Below, piece after piece: positions 16,585 through 27,061 of a DNA stretch of 64,000 nt. The DNA is from an uncultured Acidobacteriota bacterium. Its GTDB lineage: Bacteria > Acidobacteriota > Terriglobia > Acidiferrales > UBA7541. Numbering within the stretch: the stretch's first letter is position 1; every line of letters starts with the position of its first letter. The notes under the pieces were generated by a model. That model saw only the letters and a program-made list of their open reading frames with translations. It did no database searches and was not told the origin of the DNA. Location of the stretch: the NCBI GenBank assembly GCA_963814855.1, contig CAWFEL010000003.1:13619-77618 (forward strand). Direction: 5' to 3'. A program made the translations under genes and the position numbers.

Positions 16585-17649
16585 TCAGTGGGTCGAAGAA
16601 GATCCATGGACCCTGGCCTGCCGCTCGTAAGGCGCCCCTTCAAAAAACACGACCGCAACCACCGCCGCAGCGAGCAGAAATCCGGCGAGAACGAACGCCG
16701 TCCCCGACGAAACGCGCGGAGCGAGAACGCCGAGGCCGCCGAATAATGCCGCGAGGCAATAGAGCACCAACACGGCGCCACGATGGCCGAGCCCAAGATT
16801 GGAGAGACGATGCGCGGTATGGTCCTTCCCCGGCGAAGTGAACGGAAGGAGTCCGCGACGCGAGCGGGAGATCGAGACGAGGGTGGTGTCAAAAATCGGC
16901 ACGCCGAGAATCAGGATGGGAACAAGCCAAGCGGCGGGAAAATGGGATCCATCAGGGCGGATCTTCAGAGCCAGCGTGGCCATCAGAAAACCGAGGAACA
17001 TGGCCCCGCCATCGCCCATGAAAATTTTCGCCGGGTTGAAATTCCAGCGCAGGAAACCCAATGCGGCGCCGAGGACAGCGGCGGCGAGCGTGCGGACCAT
17101 CGTTTGCCCGTTGAGACTGGCCACCAGCGTGAAAAATCCCGCGGCTACCGCAGCGATTCCGGCGCAGAGACCGTCCATGTGGTCGAGGATGCTGAACGAA
17201 GCGGTGATGCCCACGACCCAAACGACTGTGAGGCAGCCATCGAGCACCACGCCCGCGATCCCGGGAACAAATTCCGAGAAAAACTGGGCGTGGATCCCCG
17301 CAACGAGCAAGAACAGCGCCGCAACCGGCATCCCGACGAACAGCTTGACCTGGTGATGAAGGAAGCCGCCGTCGTCGAGCAAGCCGACTGCAGCAAGTAA
17401 TGTGGCGCCGGCGAGAATTCCAACGATCTGCCGGTCCGGCACGCCACCGAGCGTGAACAGAATTGCGAGCACAAATCCGAGGTAGATCGCGATGCCGCCG
17501 AGCAATGGAATGGGGCTGAGATGGACTTTGCGAGGGCCGGGACGGTCCACCATGCCGTAGTACAACGCGAGGCGGCGCACCGGGACGGTGAGCAGGAGAG
17601 TGCCCACGAGAGCGACGGCAAAACCGATCAGAGCGGGGGAAAAGGTCAT
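16585..17649 (-). CDS. MraY/WecA-family polyprenyl-phosphate HexNAc-1-phosphate transferase (initiating transferase)
   Basis: About 10-11 TM segments. N-terminus ...RRLALYYGMVDRPGPRKVHLSPIPLLGGIAIYLGF. DDGGFL and ILDHMDGL motifs are present. Confidence 0.8.
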   Translation of the reverse strand: MTFSPALIGFAVALVGTLLLTVPVRRLALYYGMVDRPGPRKVHLSPIPLLGGIAIYLGFVLAILFTLGGVPDRQIVGILAGATLLAAVGLLDDGGFLHHQVKLFVGMPVAALFLLVAGIHAQFFSEFVPGIAGVVLDGCLTVVWVVGITASFSILDHMDGLCAGIAAVAAGFFTLVASLNGQTMVRTLAAAVLGAALGFLRWNFNPAKIFMGDGGAMFLGFLMATLALKIRPDGSHFPAAWLVPILILGVPIFDTTLVSISRSRRGLLPFTSPGKDHTAHRLSNLGLGHRGAVLVLYCLAALFGGLGVLAPRVSSGTAFVLAGFLLAAAVVAVVFFEGAPYERQARVHGSSSTH

Positions 17650-17699
17650 CGCGCGAGATCACATCCTGTCATGGAGCATCAGCGGCAATCGCGCGGCGA

Positions 17700-18725
17700 T
17701 TAACGCGCGGTGAGCATTTTTTCGAGAACGCCACGAACTTTTTCCTGCTGGTGAGTGGCCGCGTACCAGTCCATCGTCTTGCGCAATCCGTCGCGGAAAG
17801 CCGTCTTAGGTTCCCAGCCGAGCAGTTTTTTCGCGAGCTTGTTATCGGCAACGCGATTCACGGGACCGGTCGGCATGTCGGGCAGGAGACGAATCTCAGC
17901 CTTGTGGCCGGAATATTCGAGCACCAGTTTGGCAGCGTCAATTACGCGCACGCGCTCCATGGTTCCCAGATTTACGGCTGTGCCGTCATTGATTTTCTCG
18001 GCGGCGAGGATCGTTCCGCTGACGATGTCGTCCACGTAGGTCCAGTTGCGGATCTGCATGCCGTTGCCCCAGACATCGAAGGGATTCTGGCCAATGAACG
18101 CGCGGGCAATCATGGCGATCACGGCATGATTTTCCACTCCGCGGGGGCCATACACGGTGAAAAAGCGAAGAGACGCAGCGCCGAGCTTGTGTTCGCGGTG
18201 ATACGCCTGGAGCGTCAATTCCGCCATTAATTTCGCCCAGCCGTACATGTTGTCGGCGTCGTGCGGGGGCTTGACGTCGTCTTCGACGAGATAAATTTCC
18301 TTCTGCGGATCGGTCTGCATGTAATTCGGATAGACGCAGCCGGAGGAGGCGTACACGACTTTTTCGACGCCCGCCTTGACGGCTTCCCAGAAGACGAGAC
18401 CATCGAGAAAAAGATTCGAGGCCGGTCCGGCCTGATGCAAATCCACGTAACCGCGGCCGCCATGATCCGCGGCGAGATGGAAGACGACTTCGATGCCCTT
18501 CATTGCGGCGCGCGTCACGCCCGGCTCGCGCAAATCCGCCTGCATGAAAGTGACGCGGCCGTTCTTGACGTGCGCTTCGATGTTCTCGAGCCTGCCGCTG
18601 GTGAGATCGTCAACAACGTGCACGCGCGCGCCTCGGGCGAGCAAGGCGTCCACAAGGTGCGATCCGATGAAAGATGCACCGCCAGTTACGAGCACATTCT
18701 TACGATCCCAGATGGCGTCCCCCAT
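17700..18725 (-). CDS. Extended-SDR NAD-dependent sugar-nucleotide epimerase/dehydratase (GDP-mannose 3,5-epimerase-like)
   Basis: VLVTGGASFIGSHLV Rossmann motif, HLAADHGGRGYV, and YGWAK (YxxxK). The start is taken at the internal ATG 18725; the track ORF begins at 18776 and overlaps the upstream GT. Confidence 0.7.
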   Translation of the reverse strand: MGDAIWDRKNVLVTGGASFIGSHLVDALLARGARVHVVDDLTSGRLENIEAHVKNGRVTFMQADLREPGVTRAAMKGIEVVFHLAADHGGRGYVDLHQAGPASNLFLDGLVFWEAVKAGVEKVVYASSGCVYPNYMQTDPQKEIYLVEDDVKPPHDADNMYGWAKLMAELTLQAYHREHKLGAASLRFFTVYGPRGVENHAVIAMIARAFIGQNPFDVWGNGMQIRNWTYVDDIVSGTILAAEKINDGTAVNLGTMERVRVIDAAKLVLEYSGHKAEIRLLPDMPTGPVNRVADNKLAKKLLGWEPKTAFRDGLRKTMDWYAATHQQEKVRGVLEKMLTAR

Positions 18726-19923
18726 TCTTTTCGCCTGCGGCTTCTTCCATAATTTCGGTGAAGCGATGAAGCTCATTCACTGTAGCATATTTTTTTGCGG
18801 TTTCCCGGGCGCGGCGGCCCATTTCGGCGAGCCTCGCAGGATCGCCGCGCAGCTCACGAATGGCGGCGGCAACGGCCGCGGGATCGTCCGGATCGGCCGC
18901 GAGCCCGCATCCGGATTCGACGACGATGCGCGCCGCATCGCTGGTAGAAGCAGCCACCGCGAGTACTGGACGCCCCGCCGCGAGAATCGAATAGAGTTTG
19001 CTCGGAACCACCACGCCCTCGAGTCCCCGGCGCACGGTGACGATGTGCAGATCGCCGGCCATCATCACGTGCGGTATCTGTTCCACGGGCCGGAACGGCA
19101 AAAAGCGAACGTTGGGCGAATTCGCCGCAGATGCTTCCAGCGCCACGCGGTTTGCTCCACCCCCTATGAACACTAGACCCGTGTTTTCGTTGCTTAGAAT
19201 CTCCGCGGCCTTCAACAGGGTGCCCCACGCGCCATAAAAGCCGAGATTTCCAGCGTGGAGGACGACGAATTGGAAGCCGCACCGGAGTTCCTGGACGACG
19301 GGATCACTTCGCTCGGGCATCGAGGCCGGAAACGAAGTGCCGTCGCGCACGACGACCACGCGTTCGGGCGTGACGCCCTTGGCGAGGATGCGTTCGCGCA
19401 TGTCGTCGCCGAGAACAATCACTCGCGCGGCCTGCTTGAGCGCGCGGCGATGCATCGCTTCCCAGCGATTGACCCACGCGCCCGGACGGACGATGTCACC
19501 GCCGACAGCCATGTCCGGATACATGTCGCGAATGTTGTAAACGAAGGGCACGCCGAGCCTGCGCGCGACGAATGCGCCGGCGATGCCGGCTACAGGAGGG
19601 TCCGTCATGGCAAGGACGACGTCCGGACGGAGCGCGATGGCCCGGGGAACAGCGAGCGCGAGGTACGTCAAATAGTTGGAGACGCGGCGGCGCATACGGT
19701 GACGCGGGTAGGCGGTGGAACCGACGCGTTCGACGATGACTCCGTTTCGCGTGTCGCGGCGAAGAAAGGCGAAAGGGTAAAACTCATCCGGATCGTACGA
19801 CGGGCGTCCGGCGACGACCGTGACTTTGTGGCGCTGGGCCAGAGTTTCGGCAACGCGCACCGCCATCTTCGCCGTGGCAGAGGTGTCGGGCGGATAGTAT
19901 TCGTTGAAAAGCAGTATGTGCAT
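18700..19923 (-). CDS. GT4-family (GT-B) glycosyltransferase, WcaI-like
   Basis: MHILLFNEYYPPDTSATAKMAVRVAETLAQRHKVTVVAGRPSY. The C-terminal GT1 domain carries VPSKLYSILAAGRPVLAV. Confidence 0.75.
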   Translation of the reverse strand: MHILLFNEYYPPDTSATAKMAVRVAETLAQRHKVTVVAGRPSYDPDEFYPFAFLRRDTRNGVIVERVGSTAYPRHRMRRRVSNYLTYLALAVPRAIALRPDVVLAMTDPPVAGIAGAFVARRLGVPFVYNIRDMYPDMAVGGDIVRPGAWVNRWEAMHRRALKQAARVIVLGDDMRERILAKGVTPERVVVVRDGTSFPASMPERSDPVVQELRCGFQFVVLHAGNLGFYGAWGTLLKAAEILSNENTGLVFIGGGANRVALEASAANSPNVRFLPFRPVEQIPHVMMAGDLHIVTVRRGLEGVVVPSKLYSILAAGRPVLAVAASTSDAARIVVESGCGLAADPDDPAAVAAAIRELRGDPARLAEMGRRARETAKKYATVNELHRFTEIMEEAAGEKNGGRHLGS

Positions 19924-19932
19924 GCGCTGTGG

Positions 19933-21720
19933 TTATGCGGGCTTGGCAAACCGCTGGCCGGGTTCCTCGCGGGCGGCGGCCGAAGATTTTTTCTGCAGGA
20001 TGAAATTGCCCATCACCAGGACGTCCATCTGCGTGCGATGAAAACAATCGAGCGCTTCTTCGGGGCGGCAGACGATCGGCTCGTTGTCGTTGAACGAGGT
20101 ATTCAAAACCACTGGAACTCCCGTAAGATCGCCGAGCGTGCGAAGGAGTTTCCAATAAAGAGGGTTGGACGAGCGGGTGACCGTCTGCAGGCGCGCGGTG
20201 CCGTCCACGTGCGTGGGCGCCGGAATTACTGCGCGCTTCTCCGGGCGCACCGGATAGGCAAAAGTCATGAAGGGCGAGGGGTGCGTCTTCTCGAAAAAGT
20301 CGCCGACGGCCTCTTCGGTGATGGATGGCGCGAACGGGCGAAAGATTTCGCGATGCTTGATGCGACGATTCAGAATTTCCTTCATCTCGGGGCGGCGCGG
20401 GTCGGCCAGAATGCTGCGATTGCCCAGGGCGCGCGGTCCCCATTCCGCAGCGCCCTGAAACCAACCTACGATTTTTCCGGCGGCGATGTGTCGGGCGGTA
20501 ACTTCGACGAGAGCTGTCTCGTCCAGTGCCGCTATTTCCGCATTTCCGGAAGCAGCGGCACCGTCAACCACTTTGCGCACATCGGACGCTGAGTATTGCG
20601 GGCCCCAATACGCGTGGTCCATGGTGAATTCGCGGGGGCGGCCGAGAACCTGGTGGTTCACAGCGAAAGCCGCGCCGACGGAGAGGCCTGCGTCGCCCGC
20701 AGCGGGTTGCACGTAAACGCGCTCGAAGGGAGACGCATCGAAAATCTTTCCGTTGGCGACGCAATTGAAGGCAACGCCTCCGGCGAGGCAAAGCGATTTT
20801 TGGCCGGTCGCCTTCGCCAGGCCATTCCAGCACGACCCGAGAACTTCTTCGAGAGCGGCCTGCATGCTGGCGGCGATATTGTGGTGCCGCTGAGTGAGCG
20901 GCTCATCCGACTGGCGAGTGGGTCCGAGCCGCTTTTCGAGGTAGGGCGAAAAAATCCGGCTGAGGACTGGCGTGGTGCCCGCATCTCGCCAGGTCATTTC
21001 GGAGCCTTGCTGCTGATGCGTGAAATATTCAAGTCCGAGGCGGAACGAAAGCGGGCCGTGGGCGTGCACGATGCGCCGAAACTCGTCGAGAAATTCGGGC
21101 TGGCCGTAGGCCGCGAGGCCCATCACTTTGTATTCGTCGCCAAACTTCCAAAAGCCGAGATATTGGGTGATCGCGGTGTAGTACATGCCGAGCGAATGCG
21201 GAAACGCCACCTCGCCGAGGACGCGCATGTTCGGGCCTTCGCCCGCAGCGCACATGAAGCTCGCGAAATCGCCGAGACCGTCGGCTGAGAGCACGGCAGC
21301 GCTCTCAAACGGGGAAACGAAAAACGCGCTCGCCATGTGGGCGCGATGGTGCTCGATGCGATGGAATTGGGCGCGCATGGCCTCCGGCGCGAGGTCGAAA
21401 GCGGCGGCGAGATCTTCGCGAATGCCGGCGAAGCGCCGCATCACGCGCGCACGATCGAGCGCGAATCGGGGCATGCGCATAGCGAAGCGAAGTTTCGTCC
21501 CAAGGCGGGCCCAGGGGTCGCGCGGAATGGCGATGTGGTCCACTTCCGTCAATTTGACGCCGGCTTGATCGAGGCAAAACTGAATGGCGCGAGCGGGCAA
21601 ACCGGCCGCGTACTTCACGCGATTGAGGCGCTCCTCTTCGACCGCTGCGATCAGGCGGCCATCCACGACGACGGCCGCGGCGGCGTTGGCGTGGTAAGCG
21701 TTGATTCCCAGAATGATCAT
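19933..21720 (-). CDS. NodU/CmcH-family carbamoyltransferase
   Basis: MIILGINAYHANAAAAVVVDGRLIAAVEEERLNRVKYAAGLP... 595 aa with a typical N-terminal ASKHA-like domain and a C-terminal YrdC-like domain. Confidence 0.85.
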   Translation of the reverse strand: MIILGINAYHANAAAAVVVDGRLIAAVEEERLNRVKYAAGLPARAIQFCLDQAGVKLTEVDHIAIPRDPWARLGTKLRFAMRMPRFALDRARVMRRFAGIREDLAAAFDLAPEAMRAQFHRIEHHRAHMASAFFVSPFESAAVLSADGLGDFASFMCAAGEGPNMRVLGEVAFPHSLGMYYTAITQYLGFWKFGDEYKVMGLAAYGQPEFLDEFRRIVHAHGPLSFRLGLEYFTHQQQGSEMTWRDAGTTPVLSRIFSPYLEKRLGPTRQSDEPLTQRHHNIAASMQAALEEVLGSCWNGLAKATGQKSLCLAGGVAFNCVANGKIFDASPFERVYVQPAAGDAGLSVGAAFAVNHQVLGRPREFTMDHAYWGPQYSASDVRKVVDGAAASGNAEIAALDETALVEVTARHIAAGKIVGWFQGAAEWGPRALGNRSILADPRRPEMKEILNRRIKHREIFRPFAPSITEEAVGDFFEKTHPSPFMTFAYPVRPEKRAVIPAPTHVDGTARLQTVTRSSNPLYWKLLRTLGDLTGVPVVLNTSFNDNEPIVCRPEEALDCFHRTQMDVLVMGNFILQKKSSAAAREEPGQRFAKPA

Positions 21721-21766
21721 CGTTGGTTGGATGCCGCGCTCGGTCGCGGCGTGCCGTTTCCCACTC

Positions 21767-23731
21767 TTAAGATATAGCCACGGCCGCGGATTTATGGCAA
21801 TCGGCGCCGCTCGAATTGCCGGCGCCGACGTTTCGCTTTACCCATTCATTGAGGACGTAGAGACTCCAGGGCCGCGACCAGGTTGTGCGGCCCGCGAGAA
21901 AGTCCTTCCAAACCGACCGCGCGAAATCCCTGCTGAGCTGCGATTCAAGGGCAGGCGACCACTCGGCGAGTCCGGCGGAGACGCGCTTGCCGAGCGCTCC
22001 GCGAAGCCAATGTTCCCACGGAAAGGTAAATGTGCGCTTTCGCTGCGTGACGATTTCCTCGGGTAAAAGATCGCCGAGAGCCTCGATCAGCAGCGCCTTG
22101 GGACGAGCGCCGCGCTTGGCATTCTCCGGAAGCGCGAGAACGTATTCGACCAGCGGCGCGTCCAGGAACGGCACGCGCACTTCGAGTGAATGGGACATGC
22201 TCATGGCGTCGGTGTCGCGCAGAAGCGTGTTCAGCATGTAGGAGCGCAACTCGAGCCAGGAAACTCCAGTGAAGGCGTCCATCGAGTCCGCCCGGCGCGA
22301 GGAATCGGAAAGCCAGCGCCACCAGAGGGAGCTGCTCCATGAAGTCCGATCTTCGCGCAGCGCGGAGGTCACTGCTTGCGGTGTGAAGAGCAGGCGCGTG
22401 AAGAAATATGGGTGCGGCAACGCGTTCGGATCGAGAAACGCCGCCGAGCCTTTGCGAGAAGAGTCGGGCGAGGAGCCGAAGGCGTTCGCGCGGGCAAGGC
22501 CCCCGGCGAAAAGCGCGCGAAGCGGTTGCGGCAACAGGCGCGCCGCAGCGGCGGCACGAGAAACTTTGGCGGTCGAGCGAAACGGGCTATAGCCGCCGAA
22601 GATTTCGTCACTGCCAAGGCCCGAAAGAGCCACTTTCAAGCCCGCCTGCCGAGCCGCCCAGGAGACAAAGTAGGTGTTGATGCCGTCCATGCTGGGTTGG
22701 TCGAACGCGCCGACGGCTTCATCGAGCCGCGCAATCATTTCCTGATCGGAGAGCGTCAATTCACTGTGATCGGTTCCGAGGCGGATGCCGGTGCGGCGGG
22801 CAATTTCAGCTTCGCTGAAATCCGCGTCGGCAAACGCGACCGTGAAAGTGTGAACTCCAGCACGGGCGCGACTGGCGAGAGCGGCGATGGCCGTCGAATC
22901 AATCCCGCTGCTCAGGAATACGCCGACCGGAACATCAGCTATGAGATGGGAGGCGACGGCGCTCTCAAGCAGAGTGCGAACATGATGTGCCGGAGATGCT
23001 GCTGATCCCGACGCTGTTTTGGCTGCGACCTGCGGAGCGTCCCAATAGCGCTTCGGCTCGGTATCGCTGGCCGGCACGGCGGCGGGCACGCTCATCGAAT
23101 AGCCAGGCGGAATGGATTCGATGCCTTCGATCAGAGTGAGCGGCTCGCACACTGAGCCGAAAAGCAAATACGAGGAAACTGCCGCGGAGGAAATTCGAGC
23201 TGGAACGCAGCCGCTCGCTAGAAGCGTGCGAACCTCGGAAGCGAATAGCAGCTGGCCATCCACCAGCGCGTAATAGAGCGGCTTGATGCCCATGCGGTCG
23301 CGGGCAAGGAAAACGCGCGCGGCGCGCCCGGTGCGGCCCTGAGGCATCTCGACCAACGCTAAGGCGAACATTCCGTTCAAGCGCTCGACGCAGCGCTCGC
23401 CCCAAGACTCGTAAGCGTGGACGACGACTTCCGTATCGGAGCGGGTGCGGAAGCGGTGGCCCAGAGCTTCCAGCTCCGCACGAAGCTCGCGGAAATTGTA
23501 GATTTCACCGTTGTAAACGATCGCGAGGGTTTCCGTTTCGTTCCAGACCGGCTGGCTGCCGCCGGGCAAATCCACGATGCTCAGGCGGCGCATGCCGACG
23601 GCGACGGGCGAGGCGAGGAGGATGCCTTCCTCGTCCGGCCCGCGATGAACCATAGAGGCCATCATGAGGCGGACGATCCCTTCGGCGGTGTCCTTCGACT
23701 CAATTCCGACAACGCCGCAAATTCCGCACAT
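21767..23731 (-). CDS. asnB: Asparagine synthase (glutamine-hydrolysing)-family amidotransferase
   Basis: MCGICGVVG N-terminal nucleophile, RGPDEEG, and the SGGIDS-like LSSGIDST PP-loop. 654 aa. Confidence 0.85.
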   Translation of the reverse strand: MCGICGVVGIESKDTAEGIVRLMMASMVHRGPDEEGILLASPVAVGMRRLSIVDLPGGSQPVWNETETLAIVYNGEIYNFRELRAELEALGHRFRTRSDTEVVVHAYESWGERCVERLNGMFALALVEMPQGRTGRAARVFLARDRMGIKPLYYALVDGQLLFASEVRTLLASGCVPARISSAAVSSYLLFGSVCEPLTLIEGIESIPPGYSMSVPAAVPASDTEPKRYWDAPQVAAKTASGSAASPAHHVRTLLESAVASHLIADVPVGVFLSSGIDSTAIAALASRARAGVHTFTVAFADADFSEAEIARRTGIRLGTDHSELTLSDQEMIARLDEAVGAFDQPSMDGINTYFVSWAARQAGLKVALSGLGSDEIFGGYSPFRSTAKVSRAAAAARLLPQPLRALFAGGLARANAFGSSPDSSRKGSAAFLDPNALPHPYFFTRLLFTPQAVTSALREDRTSWSSSLWWRWLSDSSRRADSMDAFTGVSWLELRSYMLNTLLRDTDAMSMSHSLEVRVPFLDAPLVEYVLALPENAKRGARPKALLIEALGDLLPEEIVTQRKRTFTFPWEHWLRGALGKRVSAGLAEWSPALESQLSRDFARSVWKDFLAGRTTWSRPWSLYVLNEWVKRNVGAGNSSGADCHKSAAVAIS

Positions 23732-24609
23732 CAGAGACCTGCTTCCCGGAACGAAATGCGGGCGATCGCCGACCAGTCCGCGTCGGCCATTCCCTGCGCC
23801 GTGGCGGCCAGCATGCGGTCGCGAATGAGACTGGCCATCGGCATGGGGACTGCGGCTTCCTCCGCGGCGGAAAGTACCAGGCGATTATCTTTCATTCCCA
23901 GCTCCATCCTGAAACCGACAGGCTCGAAATTGTCGGCGGCGATCATGCCGCCGTAGGTTCGATAGATGGGCGCCGCGAACAATGATCCGGTAAGAACATC
24001 GAGAAACTTCTGAGGGTCTACTCCCGATTTTCGAATGAGCGCGAAAGCCTCCGCCAAGCTTTCAATGGTGGTCGTAATCAAGAAATTTCCGGTGATCTTG
24101 ACCAAATTGGCGGCGGGCGCTTCGTCGCCAACGACGAATGTCTTCTGACCCATGGCGTCGAACAAGGGCTGGAAGCGCACAATCTGTTCGGCAGGCCCGG
24201 CGGCAGCGATGAAGATTTTCGCGGTGGCGGCCGCGTCCGGCCGGCCGAAAACGGGTGCCGCGATGTAATGTTGGTTCCTTTCGCGATGGGCAGCCACCAG
24301 ACGGTGAGAAAGCGCCACGCCCATCGTGCTCATGGAAATGTGGACCGCGCCGGCAGGCAGCGACTCGATTACATTGCCTTTGCCGAAGATCACGTCTTCC
24401 ACGGCGCGATCGTTCGCGACCATGGTGATGAGCGCCTCCGCTCCAGACGCAGCTTCACCGGGAGTACCTACGACCGTTGCTCCGTGCGGCTGCAATTCCT
24501 CGGCGCGGCTTCGCGTTCTGTTGTAAACCGTGAGCGTGTGGCCCGCTTTGATCAGGTTGCGGACCATCACCGAACCCATGTTTCCCAAGCCAACGAAGCC
24601 AACTTTCAT
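23731..24609 (-). CDS. NAD(P)-dependent 3-hydroxyisobutyrate/6-phosphogluconate dehydrogenase-family oxidoreductase
   Basis: MKVGFVGLGNMGSVMVRNLIKAGHTLTVYNRT. Start at ATG 24609 with GAGGA upstream; the track ORF extends to 24699. Confidence 0.75.
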   Translation of the reverse strand: MKVGFVGLGNMGSVMVRNLIKAGHTLTVYNRTRSRAEELQPHGATVVGTPGEAASGAEALITMVANDRAVEDVIFGKGNVIESLPAGAVHISMSTMGVALSHRLVAAHRERNQHYIAAPVFGRPDAAATAKIFIAAAGPAEQIVRFQPLFDAMGQKTFVVGDEAPAANLVKITGNFLITTTIESLAEAFALIRKSGVDPQKFLDVLTGSLFAAPIYRTYGGMIAADNFEPVGFRMELGMKDNRLVLSAAEEAAVPMPMASLIRDRMLAATAQGMADADWSAIARISFREAGL

Positions 24610-24631
24610 CTCGGTTATTCCTCTTCTTTCT

Positions 24632-26026
24632 TCAATCCGTGGCGACGGGTGCGCCGGGCCTTGCTTGTTGCGAATCAGGCCGCCATCCAAGCTCGGCAAG
24701 TATCCGGCTGCCGGAACGAGAAAGCTCGGCCTTCACGCGATCGAGATCGCGGAACAGCAGTTTGCCATCGCGCTTACGCCATTCGCCCGCGACCATCACG
24801 GAGTCAATGTTGGCCAGGTTGGCTTGCATGACTACGGTGGCCACGGGATCGTGGACGGGCCACAGATTCAGCGCGTCCGCGCGGATGAAGACGAGGTCCG
24901 CCTGCTTCCCCGGGGTGATGGTGCCGAGGCGATCCTGCATACCGAGCATTCGCGCGCCCTCGACAGTGATCCAGGAGAGCGCGTCCCGCACGGGAATCGT
25001 GGAGGTCTCGGGAATGGCGCCGGTGGCGGCGCGGCTCGCGGCGTTGTCCAAAGAGCGCTGATGCGACAGCGCTACTCGCGCGACGGTGAGCATGTCGCCG
25101 GAGATCACACTTTCAAGATCCACGCCGAGCGACGGAGCGGCGCCCAGCTTGCGCAAGCGGCCGGTGATCGGATGGCCGTGACCCTGAGCCATCTCGTTTT
25201 CCGGCGCGACAGAGAACGTGACGCCGAGATCAACGAAGCGCGCGAGCCGATCGTCCGGCAGGTCGTTGCCATGGACGATGTTCACGAAGTCAGTGACCAG
25301 ACTTTCCTGCTCGAGCGTGTCCCAGCCTTCCGGAGTCTTGGCAGGCCCTCCGCCCTGATGCATCGAGGCGACCAGGCCAAGCTCACGCGCCAGTCGAAAA
25401 TCGTGGAGCGAGACGTCTAGCGTCGAATAGTGCGGACCGAGGATCGCAAGGCCGAGCGTAAGCAGCTGGTCGCGCGAAGAAAACGGGCCGCGCATTAGCC
25501 GCTCGACTTCGCTTCTGGGATGCGGAACTTCGGAGAAGTGCGGCTGACCGGTCTTCGGATCGGGCTTGGGCGAGCCGTGAAAAAACGCAGCGCGAATTCC
25601 AGATTCACGCAGGCCCTCGATCGCGGCGTCGGTGTGCGCGGGAGTTGGATTGTTGTGGCACCAATCAACTAGAGTGGTGGTGCCGCAATTCATCTGATTC
25701 AAGGCGCCGGCTAGAGTGGCGATGCGAATGTCTTCGGGCGTGAACCGCGTCGCGAGGCCGGCGTGCATCCAGCGAAAATATTCGAGCAGCGTCCAATTGG
25801 ATGAAATCGCCCGCAGCCCGGTCTGCCAGGTGTGCATATGGGCGTTCACCAAGCCGGGGATCACGATGAACGAGCTGCCGTCAAGAATGTCTGCACCGGC
25901 CGCAGCGATGCGCGCGCCGACGGCCGCGATCCGGTCGCCTTCGATCAGAATATCGCCGGGCCGCAAATCTCTGGATTGCGGGTCCATGGTGATTACTGTG
26001 GCGTTCTGAATGAGCAGTTTTCGCAC
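24632..26026 (-). CDS. Amidohydrolase-superfamily enzyme (deaminase/chlorohydrolase-like)
   Basis: MRKLLIQNATVITMDP...ILIEGDRIAAVG...PGLVNAHMHTWQT (HxH metal motif). 464 aa. Confidence 0.75.
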   Translation of the reverse strand: MRKLLIQNATVITMDPQSRDLRPGDILIEGDRIAAVGARIAAAGADILDGSSFIVIPGLVNAHMHTWQTGLRAISSNWTLLEYFRWMHAGLATRFTPEDIRIATLAGALNQMNCGTTTLVDWCHNNPTPAHTDAAIEGLRESGIRAAFFHGSPKPDPKTGQPHFSEVPHPRSEVERLMRGPFSSRDQLLTLGLAILGPHYSTLDVSLHDFRLARELGLVASMHQGGGPAKTPEGWDTLEQESLVTDFVNIVHGNDLPDDRLARFVDLGVTFSVAPENEMAQGHGHPITGRLRKLGAAPSLGVDLESVISGDMLTVARVALSHQRSLDNAASRAATGAIPETSTIPVRDALSWITVEGARMLGMQDRLGTITPGKQADLVFIRADALNLWPVHDPVATVVMQANLANIDSVMVAGEWRKRDGKLLFRDLDRVKAELSRSGSRILAELGWRPDSQQARPGAPVATD

Positions 26027-26104
26027 GGGTTATCCGCTCGGTGCCCGGGTTCGGACGAACTCAGCCGCGAGATTCGAGAGCGCAGTAGCGCTGGACTTCA
26101 AAGC

Positions 26105-27061
26105 TTAACCTGTTGTGTCCACGAAGGCGTGGAACGCGCGCCGAACCTGCTGGCGAACCCGTACTGGCCGGATTCCGAGACGCCGTTCTCCATACCAACG
26201 CAATCCCACCCTGAGCAGGCCAAGAAGAAATACGAGGACAAGCGCGGCGACCATAGTAGCAAGCGATTCGCGCTCCATGAGCAAACTTACCGCGGTGGAA
26301 TCCTCCCAGCCGGGAAGAAGCCTATTGAGTACGCCTCGCAGGACCAAGCCCACTAAACCGAGACGAATGACGCGTACGTGAGCGGTGCTTTCATAGGTGT
26401 CAACGGGATCGTAGTCTTTGATATCGCGAGTCGCGCCGGAGAAGACGGCGGGATCGCTGAGTTGCTCACGCGTGAGAAGACGGCCGTTGCTGCCGCGCAT
26501 TACTGTGCGAAACGCGGGATCTACTATGATCCACCGCCCATTGATCAAGACTTCCGCAACCACATGCTTGGTACCGCCCTGAGAATCAAGGAGCAGGAGA
26601 CGGCGAACCGCCAATCCGGCGCTATCGCCCAGATTGAGGAAGGCGTTTGTGGCCGAACCGCAAACACGCAAAAGCGACGCAAAATTCAGAGTATCGGTCG
26701 GATCCCGATCGGGCGAGTTAGTATCCGGACCCGCGGGTTGCCTCGAAGGCCCATTGGACATCCAGCGAAGAATCGCTTCCGCCTTCGCTTCGTCGGACGA
26801 CGACAAGGGAACGACGGCATCCGAAAATCCCTTGAGATACTTGCGGGTTGAGTACTCCCAAACGGCGGAATATCCGGCTAACAGAATCGCGAGAATCAAA
26901 AGGATGTTCCCGGCGTACCAAACTCCGCGGAAAAGCCGGTGGGTCGGCATCCGAAACTCCATCTCGGAAGGCTCACCCGTGGCATTTTTTGGCGCAGGCG
27001 AGCCTCGCTGAGCGATTGCCTCATCCGCGCGGACACTTCGAAGCATGCCGTGCTTGTTCAC
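26105..27061 (-). CDS. Membrane-anchored transglutaminase-like cysteine-protease-fold protein
   Basis: An N-terminal TM segment (VWYAGNILLILAILLAGYSAVW). The core is LRVCGSATNAFLNLGDSAGLAVRRL...KHVVAEVLINGRWIIVDPAF (Cys-His-Asp arrangement). A C-terminal TM segment is also present. Confidence 0.6.
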   Translation of the reverse strand: MNKHGMLRSVRADEAIAQRGSPAPKNATGEPSEMEFRMPTHRLFRGVWYAGNILLILAILLAGYSAVWEYSTRKYLKGFSDAVVPLSSSDEAKAEAILRWMSNGPSRQPAGPDTNSPDRDPTDTLNFASLLRVCGSATNAFLNLGDSAGLAVRRLLLLDSQGGTKHVVAEVLINGRWIIVDPAFRTVMRGSNGRLLTREQLSDPAVFSGATRDIKDYDPVDTYESTAHVRVIRLGLVGLVLRGVLNRLLPGWEDSTAVSLLMERESLATMVAALVLVFLLGLLRVGLRWYGERRLGIRPVRVRQQVRRAFHAFVDTTG